A DNA stretch of 64,000 nucleotides from Lama glama (taxonomy: Eukaryota): positions 84,880,001 through 84,944,000 of the forward strand of contig CM052816.1 of the NCBI GenBank assembly GCA_028534125.1, in the 5' to 3' direction. Below, piece by piece: positions 54,097-64,000 of this stretch. The notes under the pieces were generated by a model. It searched no databases. It was not told the origin of the DNA and was given only the letters and a program-made list of their open reading frames with translations. Position 1 is the stretch's first letter, and every line of letters starts with the position of its first letter. Position numbers and translations under genes: made by a program.

Positions 54097-55770
54097 ATCC
54101 ACTGGGAGGATTTCTCTTCAACTGTGTCCTTCAAGGATGTCCCAGAAAGGGACTGGGGTGCTACAGTCCACTTTCCAGTGATGCCTGAATACTATGCAAA
54201 ATTCTCTTCAAACCTTGCCCAAGACTTTTCTCTTTCTGTCACCTGATAAGACAGAGGTTCTCATGAGGCCATAGGTGCAGACTGGGAGAGAGAAGGCAAT
54301 GTAGTAGCAGTGGAGACTATGGGCATTTGGGCCCTTCTTCTGGTAATTTAAAAGTTTGTGTTTTCAGGGCATGTCCAGGCCTGATCACATACTACACAGC
54401 TTCCATTTGATGATGAAGTGCTGTTGTGCACACTCAACTTTTTGGCTTTATAGGTCAGGTAACACCCAGTGGATGATGAGCATCTCAGGTTTACGGTAAC
54501 TTGGTGCCCCTTGGTTAAGCAGTCAGTTTCTAAAGACTCATAGTAGGCCAAGAGGTTTTTCTCAAAAGGAGATTAATTATCCATGGAGGATAGCGGGCTT
54601 TGCTGCAAAATTAGGAGAGTCTACACTGAAACTCACCTATAGGGGCTTGTCAAAGGCTCCAACCAGCATCTCTATCTGCCACTGACACTCTAAGCACCTC
54701 TGGATGTGGAGGATTATATGGCTAAAGTGGTAGAGCAGCTTGCACACCAGCCCAGACCTGCTTACTGGGACTTTTCAAGTTCTTAGTCCTACTCAAAACC
54801 AGCAGCTATTCAGGTGACTGGGTAAATGTATAGGAATAAAATCCCCAAATGAGGAATATGCTGCCTCTAAAATCCAAAGAGGCCCATCAGGCATTGTGCC
54901 TCTTTTCTGGCTAGAGCATGGGCCAGATGTAACAATTTATCCTTTACCACAATGGATTTGGGGACCCACTGACTCAGTATGAGACAAACCTCAGGTAGAA
55001 GTCCATCAATCACCTGAATTTCATGCCTCTACTCAGATTGGCATATCATATTGATAGTTTGGGTCTCATGGTATCAATGTAAGTTCAGAACCACTGTCCA
55101 GTATTCCAAAAATGCCCGATTATTTCCTTTTCCCCAGTGTACGGCTACCCTGGTAAGAAGGCATAGGTTTATTTGCAGAAGGCTGAGAAAAAGACTCAAG
55201 AATGCAAATTTTTGGTGTGTGCAGGTGTCCTTCCTCAAGAAGACTTGACATCCTCTTTATTCAAGGCACGCTAGGTCTGGGAATTGATTAAGGGGTCATA
55301 TTTGTTTTTATGACTCACACTGGTCTTTTGTTCTCTTGATCTTGAACTTTTCCGCATTTATAGGTCAAGTGTGAATGTAGTAGTTTTCCTATCTATTTCA
55401 CTTGTAGGAACACCATAATCAACTAGCCAATGCTATAGGTCTGTGTGAGTCAGGCTACTGACTGCTCCTTTGACTTTGCTGTCCATTATGATAAGGCTGC
55501 CACCTTTCTTTCGGCAGTTGAGTGCTGCACTTGGCCCCTATCACTCTGGGATCCAATTACTTCCATTGCATTTCTCAATTCAGTGACAACAGTTCCCACT
55601 ATAACACCTGGCCTATGGAGAAGAGTGATCACAAAACTCTTCAGAGATGCCTGAACTCCCTTACAAATTTGTTTCTCACAGTAGTGGTGAAAGACATGTC
55701 TTCTAAACCCTCTCAGTGTAGGTGAGTAGATCTTAAATGACAAACCTCTTCTAACATTCCAATTTTCCTA
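54097..55770 (-). mobile_element. ERV-L internal remnant (partial gag, protease, RT end/RNase H), frameshifted and internally deleted
   Basis: ORF 55486-55743(-) QASLKSFVITLL...VGTVVTEL..MEVIGSQSDRGQV resembles HERV-L/MERV-L gag. ORF 54348-54551(-) AYYESLETDCLTKGHQVT resembles the ERV-L pol tether/RNase H region. It lies next to an MLT2 LTR. Confidence 0.88.
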
Positions 55771-55774
55771 AAGA

Positions 55775-56371
55775 CTATTGGTTTACTTTCTCTGAAAAAC
55801 CCAGACTAAGAGAGATTTTATTTATGTAAAATATAACTTACATATAACATATATTATTTGTATATTATATGCATATACCCAAAATTACTTCCCTCTCTGT
55901 AAATATGTTATATATAATAAATATATACTTTATTATTTTATACAAATATGTATTTATATTATTATATAAAAACAAATAATATATGTACAAATAATTAGCT
56001 CATGATTATGGAGCCTGGAAAGTCCTAAGATCTGCTGTTGGCAAGCTGGAGACCTAGAACACCGATAAAATATTTCGAGTCCAAATGCTTGAGAACCAGA
56101 GAGTCAATGATGTAATTTACAGTCTGCATTGGAGATAGAAGGCAGAAAAAGTAAATTCTCCTTTATTCAGTCTTTTTTGTATTTTGGGCTTCAAAGGATT
56201 AGATAAGGCCCATCCACTTAGGGGAAGGACCATCTACTTCACTCAGTCTACAAGGAAAATTGTTCATCTCTTTCAGAAGCATCCCTATAGACACATGCAG
56301 AATAATGTTTAAACAAATATCTGGACATTCTGTGGCCCAGTCAAGTTGATATATTAAAAAAAACCATCACA
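55775..56371 (-). mobile_element. MLT2-type (ERV-L) 5' LTR with an internal AT-rich low-complexity expansion
   Basis: ctcatgattatggagcctggaaagtcctaagatctgctgttggcaagctggagacc...ggattagataaggcccatccac...tggcccagtcaagttgatatattaaaaaaaaccatcaca (minus-strand start TGTGATGG at 56371). Confidence 0.88.
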
Positions 56372-57272
56372 GTTTAAATTTTTAGCCTATTTTGCATATA
56401 CATGCTTATCTTCTCAAGTTTTAAAAAAATTGTAGCAGGGCAAAACTAAAAATGATACTGTTGGAAAATAATAGTTGGCATTTGAAATATTTATCTAAGA
56501 TTTACTTTGCTTTCAGTGTATTTTTTGAAGTTTAGAAAAGGCAAACAGTTATTTCCAGGAAGAGGGGACTACTTGCTTCACTAACATATGAAGAAAATAA
56601 TTACATTTTGGAACTCTTATTTCTTAAGGCCTTTTATGTGGGCTTTGTTCTATAATATAGACAATATTTTTAAAATACCTACTTTATTTTCATTGATCTT
56701 ATAAAACTATCGACTTTTGGGTTTATTTTTAAGACTTTATATTTAGGTTATTGTATAATAGGTTTTACCATTGATTCTATTAATTCTAAGTGTATAACTC
56801 AAGATTAATAATGTACATAATAGAGAAATTAAGTATTGTAAGATAATAGTTTTTGTTTTTGCTAGATTGCACCAGAAAATAACTATTGGAAGCTTTCATT
56901 CTTAAAATCAAGGTGTAAATTAAAGACATCACTTTAAAATGTGCTTGATTTTGTGTGTAAAATAATTCTTTTAAAACGGCATTTTTCTAGACTCCTAACT
57001 ATTTTGAATGAGTAGAAATTCATTCAAAAGTAAATTGTCTCTATCGGTATTTGAATCTAAGTAAGATGTAGAATCATATCTAATATAGTGTGACAGATAC
57101 AGAATTAGTTCCCTGAACATTTCATTATATCACAATAGAATGTTAAATAAAATATTTATTAAATGTGAAAATAAAGGTATAATATACTAATCTATTATAA
57201 TACTATGATAATTATGTTAAACATCTGGAAAATAATGGAGAGGAATACAGAAAAATTAAAACCAATTTTTAT

Positions 57273-57327
57273 TTTTGTGTGTGTGTGTATATATATATTT
57301 TGTGTGTGTGTGTATATATATATATAT
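57273..57327. repeat. Duplicated compound microsatellite [TTT(TG)n(TA)n] x2
   Basis: ttttgtgtgtgtgtgtatatatata-ttttgtgtgtgtgtgtatatatatatatat. Confidence 0.9.
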
Positions 57328-58396
57328 GTCTAAAATTTCCACTGAAATTTTCTAACAGTACAAACTTGTTCCTGCTTTTTATTTTGGCTACTTATTAATA
57401 ATTTCCATAATATAAGCATAGGATGGGGCCCCTGACTTACTACACAATCTTTGCTCCACACCATTTAATATTCCACAATTTTCAAAAAATTGCAGCATTA
57501 TCCCTGGATTATCTTTGTTTCAGTCTGAAACTACATTTGATGATATTGACAATTGACCAATCTCTCATGTTCCCTTTTCTGTGTACAAATGTAAGAACAG
57601 TAGAGTATACACTGTGGGAGACATTGTGTAGTTTATTTCCTCCATTGCTCTTGACTAGTTTTGTTTACTTTTCTTTTCTCTTATTGAGATATTAACAAAA
57701 ATCTATTCATAAAATGTATAAAACATGTACAACTTAAAAATAAAGGGAAATTTTAAAACTGTACAGTTGCTTTCAATACTGTATATCTGTTGACAGTATT
57801 TTTATGAAAAATAAAGATGTAAGAAGGTGAAATTATGCACAATATACCGTATTTTGACATAATATCTCACTTAAATGATTAACCCAACAGTATATATGTA
57901 GGTCATAACTTTAATGGCTGTAGACAGCAGCATTGCACACATTCGAGCCACATTAATCAGGTGAACATTTTAGTTGTTTCCACATTTTTTGCCAAAGTAA
58001 GTAAAGCATCTAATACATATAAATTTTCTACCATCTATTTTTATCCTCTTCTAATTTTTTACTTACATTAAAGCATCTTTTCTTTTTATCCTCTTAGAAT
58101 AAAAGTACTAGTAATACAAAGATACATGTACAAAAAATAGTTTGAAAAAAGTATTTGAAAAATGCAGCCATTAAAATAATGTATTTACATATAGAGATTT
58201 CTAATATGTAATTTTAGTGAAAAAGGCAAGTTTTATATTATTGATGGTCTGATTTTCTAATAATCACTGACAGTTAAATGCATATGTATATGTAAAAACA
58301 TATTGTTAAAAAAGAGGAAATATTTTGTTTTTTAAGAAAGATGTATTGATACTGACAATTTTATATATACATGTATACTATATCAATATTTTTTAT

Positions 58397-58421
58397 ACAC
58401 ACACACACACACACACACACA
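58397..58421. repeat. (CA)n microsatellite
   Basis: Read directly from the sequence. Confidence 0.95.
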
Positions 58422-58499
58422 TCTATATATATATCAATTGTTCTCTTTTGGATTTTACATTTCAGTGGGCACAATAAATAATTTAACCAAATGGGATGA

Positions 58500-59420
58500 G
58501 TATCAGAATAGGATAGTGAAATGTGCTTTATAATTACACAGCAGATATATTAATTCTCGTCTAGAGAGTCAGGGAAGGCATCCGTAAGAAGGAACTTTTA
58601 AAACGAGATTTGATACATATTTAGTTAGGGGCAATGCAGAGAAGAAGGGTATTAAAGGGTGAAGAAAACATCTGCAAACATCAGGTGTGAAAGCTTGAAC
58701 AGGCCTTCTGAGAAATGAGGAAAATAAAAGGAGGCAAAAGAAAATAATTAGTATGTAGAGTGTATAGCAAAGAGGATAAAAGTGGCAGAGATGCATCTGG
58801 AGATGAGAACAAGATTAGGGGTGATGCATAAATAAACCTATAGGGTCCAAGCAATTAGAATAACAATAAAATGATTCTTTTAAAAAAGAATAGTATCCCC
58901 TTTTAATAGAAGCCACATAAATTCACACACACACACACACACACACATTGCCCAATATAACAGAAATTTGATAAGACTAACCCTGGTTTGTAAGACTTTA
59001 GATTCATGGTTTTTATGCACTGTACCTGGTTGAAGATTTTTTAAGCTAAGAAGTAACATGACTAGGTTTGTGATGTAGAAAAATCAACTACTTTAGTAAG
59101 AAAAATGGTTTGGAGTAGAGCAAGAGGGAGGTAGGCATCAATTAGGAGACTGCTGCAGTGGTCCAGATAAGACTGATCAATAAAACCAGGGTGCAGCCAG
59201 AGAGGTGGAGACAGATGAATGAGGAAGATTATTTCAGAAAAGAAAAGCTGCATATGGTTACTTTAACATCGGGCTTAAAAGTGAGGAACGAGTGAAATAT
59301 GAATCCCAAGTCTGAAATTTTGGCTACCATAAAAAAATAGATTAAAACAGTCAAATAATTCAGAGATGAAATGGGACACCAAAGAAATAGGCGTAGCCAG
59401 CATGTAATGGGAATTGCTAT
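58500..59420 (-). mobile_element. L2 fragments
   Basis: agagagtcagggaaggcatccgtaagaaggaac... and ttttttaagctaagaagtaacatgactaggtttgtg...caattaggagactgctgcagtggtccagataagactgat. Confidence 0.65.
58924..58947. repeat. (CA)n microsatellite
   Basis: Read directly from the sequence. Confidence 0.95.
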
Positions 59421-60338
59421 GTATTTGATGGAAGACAACAGAGCAGGTATAGGCTAGTAAAGTACTCAAGTTTCAGAATAATCTTAGGTTTGCAAAAATG
59501 CTAGGATTTTTTCAAATTCACAATTTCTATGAATACGTGATCCACTTGTCTGTTTTAAATACTCAATGAACAACCTTCTGTACTAAGATTTTACTTTTAA
59601 GATGGGAAAGAGTCAGAAGACATTTATGAAAAAAATTCTAACATTTTCATCAAACTGTATGGCCAATGGAGAAGTCCTGTGTGTTTTATATCACTTGAAA
59701 TTTCAAATCAGTCTATAAAATACATCAATTTCTAAAAAAAATGAAAACATCGTGATTGAAATAGTACCCTCCCAAAGTCATATAAAGAATGATCTCTGAG
59801 GTTAAAATTCTCTTTCTCTGAGTGGTCTCTCTGATGACAGAGCCTGTGCATCTGCAAACAATATTATACTGAAGGGAGATAAAATCATTTTAAAATTACA
59901 GTATTTACCCTAATCTTATCATTATAATAAGGTCAGAGATTCCTCACATCATCTCTTTGAGTTTAGTGATTTTAAATAAAATCAAAAAGATATTAATATT
60001 TTACACTTAAGAACTAGATTAATAGGTTTTTCATTGTTAATGTACTAGAAGTTCAAATTTTGGTAGCATTCTATTCAAAAATATCTTAGAAACACTGTGT
60101 TTTGGAAAAGAGATTTTTATCTTTATTTTATTTAAATTTTAATCCCTTAAAATGTGTGTTTAAAATTTTTGAGAATGATGAAGTTGAACTGCTCAATTTC
60201 TCCAAAGTGAAAAATAAGGTAACCATGCAGTCATTGTTCCTGTTATGTCACATGGAGATAAACTGGTATTTGCCAAAATTATTTTTTCTATAACAACAAT
60301 GCATATTTACAGAACTCTTCTTTTCTACCTCTCTGAAG

Positions 60339-60633
60339 CTTCACACTGACCAAGATAAAGGAGATGGAAATTTAAAATACATATTAACAGGAGATGGGGC
60401 TGGCAGTCTGTTCGTAATAGATGAAAACACAGGAGATATTCATGCTGCAAAGAAATTAGACAGAGAAGAAAAGTCCCTGTACATTCTTCGTGCCAAGGCT
60501 ATAGACAGAAAGACTGGACGGCAGGTGGAACCTGAATCTGAATTTATCATTAAGATCCATGATATCAACGACAATGAACCAAAATTCACAAAAGACTTAT
60601 ACACTGCCAGTGTTCCTGAAATGTCTGGAGTTG
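60339..60633 (+). CDS. CDH9: Cadherin-9 second coding exon (EC1 remainder, EC1-EC2 linker, start of EC2); 295 nt
   Basis: Acceptor ctcttcttttctacctctctgaAG (60337-38). Translates [98 protein letters not shown](G), with calcium-binding motifs LDRE, DINDNEP and VPE. Donor TTG|GTAGGT (GT 60634-35), phase 1. In frame with the previous exon (VGK|LHTD). Confidence 0.96.
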
Positions 60634-61446
60634 GTAGGTATACGCTAATCCATGTAAACTAACTTTTAATTTTTTTTTTTGCTAAGATACTTATTATGAA
60701 CATACAGTTATGAGACACGGCCTCTCAAGATAAGAACTGTAACTGAAAACTACTATTTAGTGTTAGCCATCTGACGTCTAATAATTTTCAATGTATGTTT
60801 CTTAACATTTCCTGCTATTTTGTAACTGGTATCTAAGGTGATTACTGAGAACAATTACTCCATTGCAGTTCAACCAACGTCTTCACCTCAATTCAACTGT
60901 CATTCAAATGGCAGTCAAGTTTAATGTATTTTTGCTTTAAATGAAAGGAATACCAAATAGTGTCAGCAGTTTTGGACAGTTTTGCTTGCATTATTTTGCA
61001 TAATAACAACTAATGCTTGCACTTGACAAATTTCTTTTGATGGTCTCATTTGATCATTGAAACAACTTAACGTGGGAAGCATGGCAAATAGAACTTTAAA
61101 TCCCCATTCTGTTAATTAGGAACCCTGGATTCAGAAAGATTAAGCAACTGAATTAAGATCAAATAACCTGGTATCATAACAACAATATTCCAAGTCTTTT
61201 TTATGTTATTCTAGTTATATTCTACCCATTAATGGTTTATCATGAAGTCTAAAAATAATTGTTTCATTTTTTTAAAGCTGCCAGTGATTTTAGATACTAT
61301 TTGCTATTATGAAATGTTTTTATCTGTATATGTGACTACATTTAGCTATACTTACATGAAGGGTTTAGCTTTGTTAATGAGACAATAAGAACTGACTCTT
61401 AAGTCATAACACATTTCTAAAACTATCCAGTGATATACACTTACAT

Positions 61447-61479
61447 TTTGGGATATAATATAGTATATTATATCCCAAA
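61447..61479. repeat. Perfect inverted repeat, 16-bp arms with a 1-nt spacer
   Basis: tttgggatataatata-g-tatattatatcccaaa. Confidence 0.95.
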
Positions 61480-64000
61480 TATGCAACCAATTTTCAAAAT
61501 TCGGTATTTAGTTGAATATTATTTTAAAGTCAGTTTTAAATACATAACTTTGACATTATTGCAATTAATATAAGTATCAGTCTCAAATAATTTCTTTATG
61601 AGGATAAACAAACATATTCACCTATACTGAGTGATTGACGCTAAATGTTTCTTAACTGTGTATGACATCTAGCCAGAAGATCCAAGAGTCTGTAAAGTTA
61701 TTTCCTCCAAACTCAAATGAAATCACATGTCTGAGCAAAGTGCTGTTCTGCCTTTTCAGGTATTCGTTCCAATAATATGAAAGGGACTTATCAAATTAGA
61801 CAAGAGTCCTATGAAACCATAAAGTCTAGGATGAAATATGAGTGGTTGTGTTTTCTTTAATATTTTAAAATATCTGTTAGCCTCCTAAAGTTCCATGAAA
61901 ATTACTGAAATGGTGCATTATAGGTCGACCAGTGGGCTAATGTAGATGTATACTATGTCTGTGGGCTTACAGCTGAGATGAAGTTACATCTAAAATTATG
62001 CTCTTCATTTCCGCTCCCTTTGATGAGCAGTCTAAAGTAGTCTGGTTTTCCAGTTAAAACCCTTTAACCATCACAAAACATTATTGATTTTTTTCTTGTA
62101 TATACGTCATTTTGTCAGATACTTTGATACAACAGTACAAAAATTTTCACTTATCCTTCTCCAAAAATGTCTGATATACCTATAGGAGTAAAAATTAAAA
62201 TTAAAAATTCTAATTAAGATGACAGAGATATTTTAATATGATAAATTTTGATAATTATTGATTTAAATTTGAATAACTTTTTAAATTTTCAAAGCATTAC
62301 TTCAGTTTTAAAAACATAGTATTTATTTATCAGAGATTATATTTGAACTCAAATAACCTGTATTTTCTGCTATATTATTTTGTGTTATCTAATAGACTAT
62401 TATCTCTCACTCAGAATATTCTTATAATCTACCTACCTAATTCAAATAGTCTTTCTCATTGAAATACTAATATAATCTAGATTCTATTAATATTATCAAA
62501 TGTGTAATAAAATCAGAACTGCACTAAGCATTTCTCTATTTTATTTTTTAAAAACATTTTGCTTATTCAATACCTACTTTAAAATACAGAATACGTAAGT
62601 TTATACATGGGAAAAGGCTTACAGATCATCTTTCCAAAAAATCCTTCATATAAGGCAATCTGTATTTCATTTATATAAACTTTAAATTGTAGGCAGTACA
62701 ATCTCTGATTATTGCAGAATTGTAGACCTTAAATGTGAGAACCTGGGCCACTGCCAACTGCATTTCTTGCATGTCTACAAATTTCAACAAAACTGAGAAT
62801 ATTATATGAGAAGCAGCTATATGGCTCTGGTTGCAGATTTTGGTACTAATAAATAAAGATTTAAGAATTATAGGTAAATCTTGATCCTATTTATAGAAGA
62901 TGGTTATTATTCCTTATTAGTAATATTGGCATTACTACACTAATTGATTGTGTATCTATTTTGAAAAATAAACGTACATATTTATAAATATAATATGTAT
63001 ATGTGAAAGATATTACACTTAATTTAGTTACCTATTTTAGTAAGTAAAAAGTATCCCAGAATATACAGAGGCAACTTATTATTATACTAGTTTTAAAAAG
63101 AAAAAAATAGTTAATAAAATGTAAAGATGGCCAGATAATTTTTATACCTCACTATTTTTCTCCACTGCAAACTAGTAATGGTTATTACGCAAAATGTAGT
63201 TTGGAAAACTTCTAAGTTTATAGGAGTCTTAGTGACTCCTCAAAAAGCAACGTTTTTATTTTATTCTTTTAATTCAAATTTCCCTCTTAGTAAAATCAAT
63301 CCACATAAGTGTAAGGGAAGGGGGAAACTGCATTTTACTATAAGATTACATTAGATTTTAGATCCATTGTACATATGTGTGTGTGTATGTATAATTTCTA
63401 AATAAAAAGTAGATGTATTTATATCCTGAAATTTTATTGTTCTTTTGTAACTCTCCTACCTGATTTAAAGGAAAATAAAGATGAACTTATTATACTTTTA
63501 TATATTTTTCTCTGCTTTTACCTATGGAAATACCCATTTACAGAGAAATATAAAAGTTGATACTTAGGAATTTGTCAGGCTATGTGTAATCCATATATTA
63601 ACATTTAAAGCCCATGAACAATCTCATAATAAAGAATTTCTTTCTAAATGAAGTAATAATGTACAATGTTTTAATTCTAAACTTATTATCATTATATTAG
63701 TGATTTTAATTTACATCAAAGAATTGAGAAACTACTCTTATTAACTTTGGGGGTAAATGAAGTCTAATGGAATAAAATACAAATTCTTTATTCTCATTTT
63801 ACCCTTCTTTCCAGTGTTACCCTTCAGTGTTCTCCTTTATCCTGTCCCCGTCTCCTTGGTTATTTTTGTCTTAACATATTTGTGTTTTCTTTTTCTCTTT
63901 TACCATATCCTCTTCTTGCTTTCTCCTCTGCCCCTGATTCTTTCTGTCAAAATCATAAGTATCATATGTCATATTTCATTTTGGTTCTCTGGATCATGTG

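Larger units (their letters stand above)
23279..60338 (+). other. CDH9: GT-AG intron between the two coding exons (37,060 nt as assembled, including a 500-N gap)
   Basis: Canonical GT...AG ends, and the flanking exons join in frame to give a continuous EC1 domain. Confidence 0.92.

Noticed and set aside
57002..57029. 10-bp inverted repeat ttttgaatga...tcattcaaaa
   Set aside because: Short AT-rich arms like this are expected by chance in sequence of this composition.

Overview
This is AT-rich, CpG-poor mammalian genomic DNA. It lies inside a type II classical cadherin gene on the + strand, which I identify as CDH9 (cadherin-9). Two coding exons are visible. The first has a short 5' UTR part and encodes the signal/pro-peptide and the start of EC1 (exon 23006-23278, CDS from 23051). 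The second encodes the rest of EC1 and the start of EC2 (60339-60633) and is missing from the supplied ORF track. A ~37 kb phase-0 intron separates them. The promoter, first exon and remaining exons lie outside the window. The rest is intronic and dominated by decayed transposable elements: L1, L2, MIR, MaLR/MLT1, ERVL/MLT2 with gag-pol remnants, LTR16/33-like and ERV1-like LTRs, several of them nested. There are also microsatellites, small tandem duplications and two 500-N assembly gaps. A young L1 3' end and a truncated tRNA-derived SINE resemble camelid repeats, which suggests an alpaca/camel-type genome (inference). Repeat family names come from my recollection of consensus sequences and their boundaries are approximate. 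I found no convincing novel biological system. The best leads are a frame-preserving candidate cryptic exon next to (TG)n/(CA)n tracts, a perfect AT-rich palindrome downstream of the second coding exon, and an apparent micro-inversion in an MLT2 LTR.
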